Source: Cyanobacteria bacterium auto_48_18 (GTDB lineage: Bacteria; Cyanobacteriota; Vampirovibrionia; Obscuribacterales; Obscuribacteraceae). Taken from it: 64,000 nt of DNA. Location of the stretch: contig JAVHQC010000010.1 of the NCBI GenBank assembly GCA_036170915.1, positions 96,001 through 160,000 of the forward strand, given 5' to 3'. The notes below the pieces were generated by a model. It ran no database searches and had not been told where the DNA came from. It worked only from the letters and a program-made list of their open reading frames with translations. The position numbers and the translations under genes are program-made. Position 1 is the first letter of the stretch. Each line of letters begins with the position of its first letter. Below are positions 1-9,963 of the stretch, piece by piece.

Positions 1-495
1 GAAAATAATTTCGTCACTCCCGCAATAACCAAATTTGCCACGAGCCCACTAATTGCCCGCGTTATTGAGAATGCCCAAGCCGAAGCGCTCGCGCGCAATG
101 TACACCTGGGTGTGTTGTCGCCGGGTGGTGAGACATATATCACTGCAGATCAAGACATGGTCTTGCGTGCTCTGAAAAACCTTGTAGATAATGCCATCAA
201 AAATTCTGCGCCGGGTAAAAATGTCTGGCTTTTAGCCAGCAGCACCGTCAGTACTACCATATTGGCCGTGCTCGACCAGGGCCCAGGTATGCCGCAAGCA
301 TTGAAAGAAGCTCTAATTAAAGACTCAACAAAAATAGAATCAGCATTTACCGGTACAACCAGAGAGAGTACCGGCCTGGGTCTAATGACCTGTGCTCAGA
401 TTATGCGTATTCATGGTGGCACTCTTACTCTACTGAAAAGCGATGAGGACGGCACGGATCTGGCACTGATATTTCCCATTCAACCAAGAAAATAG
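1..495 (+). CDS. Sensor histidine kinase, C-terminal HATPase_c domain (5' end outside window)
   Basis: Frame open from base 1; N-box NLVDNAIK, G1 DQGPG, G2 TGLGL. Confidence 0.9.
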   Translation, partial: ENNFVTPAITKFATSPLIARVIENAQAEALARNVHLGVLSPGGETYITADQDMVLRALKNLVDNAIKNSAPGKNVWLLASSTVSTTILAVLDQGPGMPQALKEALIKDSTKIESAFTGTTRESTGLGLMTCAQIMRIHGGTLTLLKSDEDGTDLALIFPIQPRK

Positions 496-565
496 AAAAA
501 TATTGGTGATACCACAAATAGATTTTTACTGATACTATGGTGGCATATTTCCACCATGGCTTTAA

Positions 566-1615
566 ATGTTTTCAAAACGCCTTTTGAACCTCTTACTAAT
601 TGCTAACAGTCTGAGCGTCATCTGTGCGTATTCGTGTCAAGCCGCCAATAATGGCATTTTCGAAACCTCAGCTGCTGATAAAACTGAAGCGAAATCATTT
701 GCACGCCAGCCCATTGTGGGCAAACCTAAGATTGGCTTGGCCCTCGGCGGCGGTGGCGCGCGTGGTGCAGCTGAAGTAGGCGTGCTTAAGGTTCTGCAAA
801 AAGCTGGTATCGAGTTTGATTGCGTCGCCGGCACCAGCATTGGTGCTGTAGTAGGCGGCTTTTATTGCCTCGGCATCAGCCCCGACGTGATGGAAAGAGA
901 ATTTACCAGTGGTTCACTCATGCGCAATTATATGGCCGAACCCCTGGCCTTCCGCATTTTAGGCGCCCCATTTTTCGCCATGCTATCTAGATTCAGCCGC
1001 AATAAATATGATGGCTTATATGGTGGCGACAGATTTCGCAATTATCTGGTAGGCAGGCATTCTACCGATGAAATTTTAATTGAAGACATCAAGAAACCGT
1101 TTGCCGCCATAGCCTTAAATGTGATCGACGGAAAACCTTACATGATTCGCAAAGGCGATATCGGTTACGCACTGCAAGCAAGCTGCGCCGTACCGGCCTT
1201 GCAGAAACCGGTGGAAATCGACGGCATGCTGTTTTCAGACGGCGGTGTGGTCTGCAACCTGCCCGTAAAGCAATGCCGCGAACTGGGCGCTGACTTTGTG
1301 GTGGCCATCAATATCGATGAATCCTTCGCACCCGTGCCTCTTAATGCCTTGACCAAACCCGGCAGTATGGCCCATCGTTTCCTCTCATGGCAGCTCTATG
1401 ACATCGACCAGGCGCAAGCTGCCCTGGCCGATATTACAATTCATCCGGAAACCACTGGCGTATCGCTGATCTCAAAGCGCAAGTCAGATTCTCGGCGCGC
1501 CCTGGCTGCTGGCGAAGCAGCCGCGACGGCAGCTCTACCGGCACTTCTAGCCAAGCTCAAAGCCATAGGCATTGTGCCGCAGCCGAAAACTGGCCCCATG
1601 CTGGCGGAAAAATAA
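566..1615 (+). CDS. Patatin-like phospholipase (RssA/NTE-like) with N-terminal signal
   Basis: GGGGARG oxyanion loop, GTSIG nucleophile elbow, DGG catalytic Asp. Confidence 0.92.
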   Translation: MFSKRLLNLLLIANSLSVICAYSCQAANNGIFETSAADKTEAKSFARQPIVGKPKIGLALGGGGARGAAEVGVLKVLQKAGIEFDCVAGTSIGAVVGGFYCLGISPDVMEREFTSGSLMRNYMAEPLAFRILGAPFFAMLSRFSRNKYDGLYGGDRFRNYLVGRHSTDEILIEDIKKPFAAIALNVIDGKPYMIRKGDIGYALQASCAVPALQKPVEIDGMLFSDGGVVCNLPVKQCRELGADFVVAINIDESFAPVPLNALTKPGSMAHRFLSWQLYDIDQAQAALADITIHPETTGVSLISKRKSDSRRALAAGEAAATAALPALLAKLKAIGIVPQPKTGPMLAEK

Positions 1616-1627
1616 ATCAAGCCTGGT

Positions 1628-2608
1628 CTATTTTGCTGTTTGCAAAAGACGATCAGCTATCAATTTTTCCAGCTCAACCAGTGAAGCGCTGAAGCCTTCA
1701 ATGCCATCCTTAAGTTTGTCGTTGGCCATGCGGTCTTTCTCATGCATAGCTTCGAATATCTCTTTATTCATTTCTATGCGCTCGATTTTTTGGCCTTTTG
1801 CTTTAGCCGGGTCAAGCTTGCGTGGCAAGTCGCCTTCAGTAGAGTCGAGTTCGGCCAGCAGCTTGGGCGAAATGGTGAGCAAATCGCAGCCTGCCAACTC
1901 GGTAATCTCAGACATGTTGCGGAAGCTGGCGCCCATAACTACAGTGGGATAGTCAAACTTTTTGTAATAGTCATAAATTGCACTAACAGACTGCACGCCG
2001 GGATCTTCAGCACCTTTATAGTCTTTGCCGGTCTCTTTTTTGTACCAGTCTAAAATGCGGCCGACAAAAGGCGAAATCAAAGTCACTTTAGCTTCAGCGC
2101 AAGCAACTGCCTGGTGCATGCCAAACAGCAAAGTCATATTGCAGTGAATGCCTTCTTTCTCAAGAATTTCAGCCGCCTTAATGCCTTCCCAAGTGGAGGC
2201 TATTTTGATTAAAATGCGCTCGCGGGAAAAGCCATCTTTTTCGTACAGGGCAATGATCTGCCGAGCTTGCTCAACAGTTGCATCAGTATCATATGAAAGG
2301 CGGGCGTCAATTTCGGTTGAAACACGACCGGGAACTACTCCCAAAATCTTCTTGCCGAAGGCCACGGCCAGGTGACGGAAAGCCTGGTCAACCACTGCCT
2401 TCTTGTCGGCATCAGCACCAAGGTCGGTCTGGGCATCAGCAATAATGCTGTCAACAAGAGCGCTGTAAGCAGGCATCTGAGCGGCGGCCGCTAAAAGGGA
2501 AGGATTGGTGGTGCTGTCTTGAGGCTTAAATTTGACAATTGACTCAAAATCGCCGGTATCAGCCACTACCTTGGTCATTTGCCGCAACTGTTCTAACAAA
2601 CTAGCCAT
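1628..2608 (-). CDS. tal: Transaldolase
   Basis: [52 protein letters not shown]; start placed at ATG 2608 (MASLLEQL). Confidence 0.97.
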   Translation of the reverse strand: MASLLEQLRQMTKVVADTGDFESIVKFKPQDSTTNPSLLAAAAQMPAYSALVDSIIADAQTDLGADADKKAVVDQAFRHLAVAFGKKILGVVPGRVSTEIDARLSYDTDATVEQARQIIALYEKDGFSRERILIKIASTWEGIKAAEILEKEGIHCNMTLLFGMHQAVACAEAKVTLISPFVGRILDWYKKETGKDYKGAEDPGVQSVSAIYDYYKKFDYPTVVMGASFRNMSEITELAGCDLLTISPKLLAELDSTEGDLPRKLDPAKAKGQKIERIEMNKEIFEAMHEKDRMANDKLKDGIEGFSASLVELEKLIADRLLQTAK

Positions 2609-2704
2609 GATGAAATCCTCGCCTCTTGATCCGTACAATGTTCGTTTAGCATAGCGTCAAATATGCTTTTGGAAGCGAAACACTTTATATATTTTGTTCC
2701 TGGT

Positions 2705-2727
2705 CAGAAAAACCTCGAGTTTTTCTG
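2705..2727. promoter_or_regulatory. Perfect 9-bp inverted repeat upstream of tal (operator or terminator hairpin)
   Basis: CAGAAAAAC-ctcga-GTTTTTCTG. Confidence 0.4.
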
Positions 2728-2825
2728 TAGGCAGGAATTTTCGTTTTCTGTTTACCCTGGCAAGCCCGCAAGACAGATGTGAAGTGGAAGCGGTTGACGA
2801 CTGTGCCACCGCCTATGGTGCAGAC

Positions 2826-3506
2826 TCACTTCTTATGAAGCGCATTAAGCATTGTTTGTAATTCTTTGCGGGCCCACTGTATTTGAAAGAGACCTGGGCA
2901 GCCGTATTGCTCAAACGATGGTAATGCAGCCACTCTGCTGTCACGGAAACTATTGTAAATTCGCCCTTGATCTAAGGCGTGCAAAATTTCAGTAATCATA
3001 AATTCTTGAGCCTGAGCACCGTTTAAATTTTGCGCACGAGCTTGCACACCAATTTCTCTACCAACAGAATTATTGTAGAGATCTTTTCTTGCATCGAGCA
3101 TGAATGGTTCGGTGCCCGCACCACCACAGACTATTCCTTCCGCATATTCGTTAGCTCGAAACAACAGGTCAGACGCACCTGAGCCAAGTTCAAAAGCTGC
3201 CAGGGCTGAGCCATAAGCATGTTGAAAGGAATTGACTACCTGCTTGTATACATGGACGGTTTTACCATCGCGCACAACGCTATAGGTATTGTCGTAAAAC
3301 GAAGCTGGCGTGCCAGCCTCATTGTGGTCGATTTTCGGCCCTAGCGGAATCAGATAACTACGCCCGTAGAGCTCTTGTTCGGCTATGCTGACGCGCCACA
3401 AAATAGAAAGAATATAGCAAGCGAGCAAGATTATGAGAGTGAGCCCAAGCAGCGTTGCTTTAGCCCCTAGAGCTGGGTTTCTAATTTTATTGGTTATGAG
3501 ATGCAA
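2826..3506 (-). CDS. Membrane-anchored hypothetical protein, DUF6973-like domain
   Basis: One N-terminal TM helix; NSFQHAYGSA ... NE ... DLYNNSVGR resembles the (D/N)AFRHA..HE..DLxNNxxGR pattern. Confidence 0.6.
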   Translation of the reverse strand: MHLITNKIRNPALGAKATLLGLTLIILLACYILSILWRVSIAEQELYGRSYLIPLGPKIDHNEAGTPASFYDNTYSVVRDGKTVHVYKQVVNSFQHAYGSALAAFELGSGASDLLFRANEYAEGIVCGGAGTEPFMLDARKDLYNNSVGREIGVQARAQNLNGAQAQEFMITEILHALDQGRIYNSFRDSRVAALPSFEQYGCPGLFQIQWARKELQTMLNALHKK

Positions 3507-3520
3507 TTTATGTAATTGAT

Positions 3521-3547
3521 TGAACCATTTGGTGCGAAAGAGCGTCT
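3521..3547 (+). promoter_or_regulatory. Candidate ECF sigma-factor promoter
   Basis: TGAACC-N16-CGTCT about 30 bp upstream of ATG 3579. Confidence 0.4.
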
Positions 3548-3578
3548 TCCATATTATCTACAGTACAGGAGTACTTCA

Positions 3579-4265
3579 ATGAACACTTTCTTCCGCGCCA
3601 CACTTGCGCTAGCACTTACCATCGGTGCGGCAGGCTTTGCCAGCCTGCCGGCTGACGCCCAGTACAACGGCAGTGTAAATCAAAGGCAACGTAACCAACA
3701 TTCTCGCATCTATAACGGTATGAACAACGGCTCTCTCAATGGCAGAGAAGCAGCTCGACTATCACGCCAACAATATGCTTTGCATCACAGAGAACAACGC
3801 TACAGAGCAAGTGGCAACGGCTTGAGCACGGCCGAGCGCGCCAGATTGCATAATCAACAGAATAGACTCAGCCAAAACATCCACCAACAGAGCAACGATC
3901 GCCAGGGTTATAACAATGGTCGTGGCTATAACAACGGGCGTGGATACAACAATGGTCGCGGCTACAACAATGATCGTGCGTACGGCAATGGCCGTGGCAA
4001 TTCACGCGGAAACTCACTGTACGATATCAACCAGACACAGCAACAACAGGCCAATCGCATCAATCAGGGTGTGACCAATGGCCAGCTGACTCAAAGTGAG
4101 GCTGCGCGCCTGCAAAGCCAACAAGCTTCACTGGCAACGCGAGAAGCAGAAATGCGAGCAAGTGGCGGCGGTTTGAGCATGTCTGAAAGAGCCCGATTAG
4201 ACGCTCAACAAGATCGCCTGAGCCGCAATATTTCCCAACAGAGACGTGATAACCAGACCCGCTAA
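3579..4265 (+). CDS. Secreted N/Q/R-rich protein with duplicated helical domain
   Basis: AGGAG RBS then ATG 3579; signal peptide ending PADA; two copies of INQxQxxQxxRIxxGxxNGxLxxxEAARL...GxGLSxxERARL. Confidence 0.85.
   Translation: MNTFFRATLALALTIGAAGFASLPADAQYNGSVNQRQRNQHSRIYNGMNNGSLNGREAARLSRQQYALHHREQRYRASGNGLSTAERARLHNQQNRLSQNIHQQSNDRQGYNNGRGYNNGRGYNNGRGYNNDRAYGNGRGNSRGNSLYDINQTQQQQANRINQGVTNGQLTQSEAARLQSQQASLATREAEMRASGGGLSMSERARLDAQQDRLSRNISQQRRDNQTR
3906..3995 (+). repeat. Five tandem 18-bp coding repeats (GYNNGR)
   Basis: GYNNGR x3, GYNNDR, AYGNGR, with synonymous divergence between copies. Confidence 0.95.
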
Positions 4266-4302
4266 AAGCCGGTCGTATTGACGTTCGCTGTCGAGAATTC
4301 TA

Positions 4303-4335
4303 GAAACATGCCGGGCAAAATGTCTGGCATGTTTC
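4303..4335 (+). terminator. Long hairpin after the secreted-protein gene, probable terminator
   Basis: GAAACATGCCGGGCA-aaa-TGTCTGGCATGTTTC, 15-bp stem including two G-U pairs. Confidence 0.55.
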
Positions 4336-4437
4336 GTCGTATACATGTAACATTACGAATAACTTTTGATACAGGCGAGCTCTTGCTGTCCACAATACGC
4401 AAGAGAAGTTGCTGAAGCTGCTTGTAAAAGGATTTCC

Positions 4438-4971
4438 ATGACCGGCTATCGCATAGTAATGCTTGACAATAATCACGGCCACATTGAAGCCTTGAGAGCG
4501 AAGGCAGGCGTAAACTGCAAAGAGATTTTGAGCTTTAACACGATTGCAGCGGCCATGCAGTGGATAGATACTAAAGACCACGTAGATGTGATTGTCTCTA
4601 ATGCTTTTCTGGAAACTGAAAACGTTTTTGAGTTTCTTAAGGCCGTAAAACAAAATGAATCCCACAACTGGATTCAATTCATTTTGGTTTGCACTGAGGT
4701 TAATGACCTGACTTCCTTTCTTAATAAGACAGCAGAAAAGACCGCTAGAATTTTGGGTGCAGACAAATACATCATGATGTCTGAATTTTGCCCTGAAAGA
4801 TTGTTGAAAGAAATTGAAGCCAGCCTCCCCAATATGCCGCCACAGAAAGAACTAGACCCAATAGGCGAAGCTCTGGGTGTGCCTCGAGAGCCTAACGAAG
4901 TGCCCGTTAATGTCAATGAAGCACAAAAGGATGGCCCTAAATTAAAAGGCGAGCAGCCTGAATCAATTTAG
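4438..4971 (+). CDS. Atypical (pseudo-)receiver domain protein
   Basis: CheY-fold pattern (RIVMLDNN, VDVIVSN, FEFLKAVK, LGADKYI) with the phospho-Asp position as Asn; P/E-rich tail. Confidence 0.75.
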   Translation: MTGYRIVMLDNNHGHIEALRAKAGVNCKEILSFNTIAAAMQWIDTKDHVDVIVSNAFLETENVFEFLKAVKQNESHNWIQFILVCTEVNDLTSFLNKTAEKTARILGADKYIMMSEFCPERLLKEIEASLPNMPPQKELDPIGEALGVPREPNEVPVNVNEAQKDGPKLKGEQPESI

Positions 4972-7173
4972 CCTTTTGCTTTTGATCAAAAGCACAATCC
5001 TTTTTACGATTTCATCACTATCTTGATACTGCCCCTGCGGCCCAGTTGATTTGATCTTGGCGTAGGCAGCCAGGGTTTGATCAATATCTGCAACTGGCAT
5101 GGCGGCACCACTCTCTTTCAGATTACGCCAGCGCAATTCAAGCCCACCCATAAGCAAACTCATCTGCTTGGCATATTCAGCTCCAGATATTTTTGCAAAT
5201 TGGCCTTCAAGCCGCTCGATTAAAACCGCACCTTGAATTGGTCGCATGGCGTTGAAGACTTCTTTTACCGTTACCGCCTTGGCGAGGTGATCACGAGCAT
5301 TGCCCCACTGATTGTCGAGAGTGACGGTATCGTTCTTCAGATCATAATCAATCAAATTAACTACGTGGCCCGATACATTGTCTAACTCGGCCGCACTATT
5401 CAAACTTTTAAAACCAGGTTTTAAGGTAAGCAAGTCACTGTTGCCTTGCATACGTATAACTGCGTACACATCACCTTTGCTGCCCTGTTTCAGCCGGGTA
5501 AGATGCTCTCTCAGACTCTCTTCTGTAGCAATCTGTCGACCGTAGAGTTTGGTGTTGGCAAGATCTTCTTTGGTTGTAAAACTGACCAACTGTTCTGGTC
5601 GATTGCGACCAGTCAATTGCCTGTCTAATGTGACCATCATCGACACACTTGTGTCAGAAGATGCGCTGACATTTTTCGGTGGAGTAAATCTAAAGTCGTA
5701 TTCGCGCAAAAAGTCTTCCGCACTCTCAGGTGGCTTGCCCGGCACAAACTTGCGATTATCTTCTTCTTGGAGCAGCCTGCGATCACCAGGAGGAATTGAG
5801 CGTTCATTCCAGCCAGCAAGAAAGACATTGCGAGCGGCCATCTCAAAAACCTGACTAGTATAGGTGCGACTGTTAGAGCCTTTTGCATCATTAAGGGCGG
5901 CCTGTCCGTGCGCTCTTAAATTGATGGCATCCATCTCTACTCTGGTACCAGTGACGGTGACAAATTTGCCTTCTCGGGCAATCTGCGCAAGTATCGCCGT
6001 AACTTTAGAAGGCTCCTGAGCATACATACGATTTTCGAAAACAGCAGTCTGACAGGTGTTGTACGCGCCCTGATCATTTGACTTGGGGTCAGAAATCGCT
6101 CGCAGGGCGCCGTTAACCAGACGCACACGCTCTCTTTCGGTTAAAGGTTCTTTTCCTCTGGTGCCTAATATCGAAGACAAATCGCGGTAGGTTTTTGCCA
6201 CTTCATCACTACTCAAACCATCACGCGTGGCGCGTTTTTCAAAATCAACCATGTGTGCAGTAAACTCTGCTCGCTCTTTTGCCAAGACTATATTCTTGTC
6301 TGCAAATCTGATCAGATTTTCTTTTTCTCTGGCCACAGTGCCAGCAGGTTGGTCAACCCTGGTGTTCTCGAGAATGACGCCATCAGCATTAGTGACTACT
6401 TTAAAATTGTCTTGCGCCCTTGGGCCAAAGTGCTGAGCCGTAAATTTATAGCCGGCACCAGCACCAACACCTTTGCCTCTATATCCGGTGCCGTCTTTGT
6501 AAGTCAAAGTGAGAGCCCCGGTACTATCGTATACATATCGGCTGCCGCGGCTGTCATTGAAGATGAGACTACCGCTCTTGTCATGACCAGGCAAAATTAG
6601 ATTGTCCCCAGGCTTGGTGGCATAATCAGATTCTGCGTTCAACGCCAAATTATTGATCTTAGCTATTTCTTTGACATAAGCGTCAACCAAAATATCTGGG
6701 CTATCAGTTGGCATTTTGCTTCTGGCAATGGTTCTCAGTGACTCTTCACCAACGGCAACAACGGTGGAAGGTGCTATTTCTAGGGGAATTCGCGAACCGG
6801 CGATGACACTAGTGCCGTGGGCGGTGCGGAAAGAAATCTCAGAAACGGACTCAGCGACTTTTTGACTGCCCGGTAAAACTTCGGGTAAGCCTGCCGGCTT
6901 ATCGGCAGGTAGATCAACGTTTGGAAGATCTTTTCCGTCATCGGACGAGCCATTTGTCGAGTCATTGGATGAGTCAGTAGATGCACCGATGCTTTCAACC
7001 TTCAACTCAGGGAAACCTAGAGCAGAAACTCTCAGAGGTGACTGTCCAGCTTCGCCTTTCTGAAGCGGACTCTGTAGCGTTTCGGCTACGCCTGAACTGT
7101 CGCGCGCAACGGCATCAAAGGTTTCGGGAACCTTCGTACTAGCCGCTTGCGGTTGATCTGAATGTCCAGCCAA
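4963..7173 (-). CDS. Large protein with disordered leader, LysM-like domain and papain-like cysteine peptidase domain
   Basis: ESLRTIAR...EIAKINNL...PGDNLILPG (LysM-like); DQGAYNTC, GHVVNL, DNQWG (Q/C/H/N papain pattern). Confidence 0.65.
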   Translation of the reverse strand: MAGHSDQPQAASTKVPETFDAVARDSSGVAETLQSPLQKGEAGQSPLRVSALGFPELKVESIGASTDSSNDSTNGSSDDGKDLPNVDLPADKPAGLPEVLPGSQKVAESVSEISFRTAHGTSVIAGSRIPLEIAPSTVVAVGEESLRTIARSKMPTDSPDILVDAYVKEIAKINNLALNAESDYATKPGDNLILPGHDKSGSLIFNDSRGSRYVYDSTGALTLTYKDGTGYRGKGVGAGAGYKFTAQHFGPRAQDNFKVVTNADGVILENTRVDQPAGTVAREKENLIRFADKNIVLAKERAEFTAHMVDFEKRATRDGLSSDEVAKTYRDLSSILGTRGKEPLTERERVRLVNGALRAISDPKSNDQGAYNTCQTAVFENRMYAQEPSKVTAILAQIAREGKFVTVTGTRVEMDAINLRAHGQAALNDAKGSNSRTYTSQVFEMAARNVFLAGWNERSIPPGDRRLLQEEDNRKFVPGKPPESAEDFLREYDFRFTPPKNVSASSDTSVSMMVTLDRQLTGRNRPEQLVSFTTKEDLANTKLYGRQIATEESLREHLTRLKQGSKGDVYAVIRMQGNSDLLTLKPGFKSLNSAAELDNVSGHVVNLIDYDLKNDTVTLDNQWGNARDHLAKAVTVKEVFNAMRPIQGAVLIERLEGQFAKISGAEYAKQMSLLMGGLELRWRNLKESGAAMPVADIDQTLAAYAKIKSTGPQGQYQDSDEIVKRIVLLIKSKRLN

Positions 7174-7271
7174 AGCTTCCTCGCTTGGAATTACAGACAG
7201 GCGCTATATTATACCTTCCTTTTATATACACAAAAAAAGCAAAAGTAGTCGCAAGCTCTTTCATCTCAGGC

Positions 7272-9821
7272 TTAGGGTTTGTAAGTTTCCACGACCACAC
7301 TGAAATAAGGTCCGTTAACCACAGGCTTTTTAGTTTCAACATAATTTTGACCATTCCAAACTATGGCCGTCAATACTGGCTTAAAAGGAAGGTTGCGTGC
7401 CAGATGAAATTGAGCGGTGTTTTGCACTGCATAACCATTGACTGCGACCACCACAACACCTTTTACTAAAGGTGATTCAGGACACAATGGGTCTTCCGAA
7501 GTAATTACTGCACCACCTGTGGGTGCTTGCTTAAAATCACTGAGCTGTGCGGTTTTCAATCCCTGAGGAAAAACTTCGACAATTTGTTTTTCACTTTCAC
7601 TTTTGAATCTTGGATCTTTATCACTGTGGCGCGCAAAAAATCCGGTCAAGTCATGCTTACTGTTATAGCGCTCCATCATGGCGTGATAGCTTTCCTCAGC
7701 TTTTTTCAAATCGCCCACGCGCTCAAAATAGCGTGCCTGCGCCTGCAGTCCGCGAGCCGAATAGACGTCGCCAGCAAAAATGGCAAGCTCTTCAGCTTTT
7801 TGCTTCTGACCATGATCAAACCGATATTGAATCAGCCAATCACTATGATTAGAAGTTGCAACATCGTCGGACCTGACGGCAATGCCTTTTTCAAAAAATT
7901 TTACCGCCAACTCTGCTCTGTCGTGGAGTACGCAATAAGTGCCAAGCTCAAAATATCTGGATGGCTGCTTTTTGGCCGTTTCTTCTTGGAGCGCAATATA
8001 CTTATCAGGATCTTTTAGTGCAGCGCTAGCTGCAATGGCTCTGACTCCTGGAATATAATCAACTAAATTACCGAAGGCCTGCAGATACTGATCGGCGGTT
8101 GCATTGTCGCCATATTTTTTCAGAACCCATTTTTCCACCAGATTCTGACTGTAAGGGCACAAAGTTTTTAAGCGCGTCAGTTCATCGAGATCAGCTTTGT
8201 AATTGGTGAGAAAATTTCGCGAATGGAAAAAGAATGCAGTCCCCATCGGTATGGCCGGATCGAACCATAATCCATCAGAGACAAAAGCAGGTTTTGACTT
8301 ATCGGCCTTAACACAATCATTGACCGTGTCCCAGTTCTCTGAAGCCACTCGTTCAGGATGATTGACCACCATCGCTTGGGCACGACTGAAAAATTCGGCC
8401 TTTTCAGTCGGGTTCAATACAAATTGAGCTTCAGCAAAAGGAAATTGATCAAGCTTAGAAAAATACTCGGTCGCTCTGCTTATGGTTTGTTTTGCCAGCT
8501 CGGGCACGGCATATCTTTTTTTATAAAAAATGTACTCCATCATCACTGCTTTCAAAATATGACGACAGTGAAAAGCGGCAAGGGTATTCCAGGGTAATAC
8601 GTTAATACCGACAGCCGGTGCGCTTGATACAGCTCTAGTTGGTGCGAGGTTTAAATCAGTGATAACTTTTTTGAAATCAGATTCACTGGCTTTATTTGTT
8701 TTGTTGTAATCGTTCAAATAGGCGCGCAATTCCGCCCCTACCAGCTTTGTTAATACCACATGACCAGACTCCACTGAGGTCTCAGTAGCCGAGATCATTC
8801 GCATCCATTCCACAGGCATAGTCGAATGATGCTTTTCTATATATGGCATCAATGACTCATCCTGGTTGTATATTGAAGAAAGGTAGCAATACTGTTTTTC
8901 TTCAATGGCTGTTTGGTTCTTTGGATCAAATATGCGGTAGTCTCCCGTCGCATTCATTTTGAGAGCCCGTAGCCAGGCGGCTACCTCTGGCTGCACCGCT
9001 GACTTCTCCATTGCCGTAATTTTTTCAACAGCAACTGAAAGGCGCCAGGAAGAGTTCTCGAGAGCAATATCGGCTATCTTACCCACTGGGCTTAATTGAC
9101 CGTGATTTAAAGCTTTCGCCAACGCTAAGTGTGCTGCTAACCGATTAAGGTTTGGACGGGTATCACAGAAACGTCCGGCCATTTCCTGTAATCCGAACGC
9201 TGTTAACAGCAAAGACGCTTGTTCATGCAGACCGGCATCGAGGGGGTGCTCAGAGAGCCCTTTTGAGATGCGCTCGTTTTCGGCGATCAGTGTTGCCATT
9301 TCGCCATCAGCCAAACGGGTTAGAAATCCGGGTGGAGCAACTGATACCGAATCTGGTGCCAACTTCAACTGCGAAATTATCGCAGTCGCCAGAGGAACAT
9401 AATTATCTGGGCTCCAGATAAAGCCCTTAAGGGCAAATTTGTGCTGCACTGTTCCAGCACCATTGATGGCATAGGCATAGCTATAAATGCCTGCGCCTAG
9501 ATCTATGGTCTGACCTTTAAACTCAAGGCTTTCAGAAACATTTTTAGCAGGAGCCTGATTATGCAATTTTGCGTAAGCTAAAATTTCGGCGATATCAAGT
9601 CCAATACTATCAACTATCCACTCTTGTTCATTTAAATATTTCCAGGCCACTGGTCGACCGCTGGTGGTCAGTTCGACCTTAAGAGGCGATGCAGCGGGAG
9701 ACGCTAAGTCGTTAGCAGATTCACTGCCCTGAGCGCATGAACATGACAGAACCAGATTGGCACTTACGACTAAGATAGCGCGACAATAACTTGAAGTAAA
9801 CAACGAACTAAAATTTCTCAT
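7272..9821 (-). CDS. Exported hypothetical protein with TPR-like helices and C-terminal PDZ-like domain
   Basis: Signal-like N-terminus; YFELGTY..AVKFFEKG TPR-like segments; GAVIT...LVKGVVVVAVNG PDZ-like. Confidence 0.65.
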   Translation of the reverse strand: MRNFSSLFTSSYCRAILVVSANLVLSCSCAQGSESANDLASPAASPLKVELTTSGRPVAWKYLNEQEWIVDSIGLDIAEILAYAKLHNQAPAKNVSESLEFKGQTIDLGAGIYSYAYAINGAGTVQHKFALKGFIWSPDNYVPLATAIISQLKLAPDSVSVAPPGFLTRLADGEMATLIAENERISKGLSEHPLDAGLHEQASLLLTAFGLQEMAGRFCDTRPNLNRLAAHLALAKALNHGQLSPVGKIADIALENSSWRLSVAVEKITAMEKSAVQPEVAAWLRALKMNATGDYRIFDPKNQTAIEEKQYCYLSSIYNQDESLMPYIEKHHSTMPVEWMRMISATETSVESGHVVLTKLVGAELRAYLNDYNKTNKASESDFKKVITDLNLAPTRAVSSAPAVGINVLPWNTLAAFHCRHILKAVMMEYIFYKKRYAVPELAKQTISRATEYFSKLDQFPFAEAQFVLNPTEKAEFFSRAQAMVVNHPERVASENWDTVNDCVKADKSKPAFVSDGLWFDPAIPMGTAFFFHSRNFLTNYKADLDELTRLKTLCPYSQNLVEKWVLKKYGDNATADQYLQAFGNLVDYIPGVRAIAASAALKDPDKYIALQEETAKKQPSRYFELGTYCVLHDRAELAVKFFEKGIAVRSDDVATSNHSDWLIQYRFDHGQKQKAEELAIFAGDVYSARGLQAQARYFERVGDLKKAEESYHAMMERYNSKHDLTGFFARHSDKDPRFKSESEKQIVEVFPQGLKTAQLSDFKQAPTGGAVITSEDPLCPESPLVKGVVVVAVNGYAVQNTAQFHLARNLPFKPVLTAIVWNGQNYVETKKPVVNGPYFSVVVETYKP

Positions 9822-9963
9822 GAGCAAGAGCACCAATCAACGTATAAACCACAGTTGTAAAACCAGTTAATAATACCGCGGTCTTCGACGGTGTAATTAC
9901 TGACAATTAGCCCAGTGGAACCTGCCTGTATAATTCTAACTGCTGAGTTTAAGGCTTAGTTTT

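Noticed and set aside
3906..3995. Tandem repeats as a possible CRISPR array
   Set aside because: In-frame 18-bp coding repeats with no spacers and no cas genes
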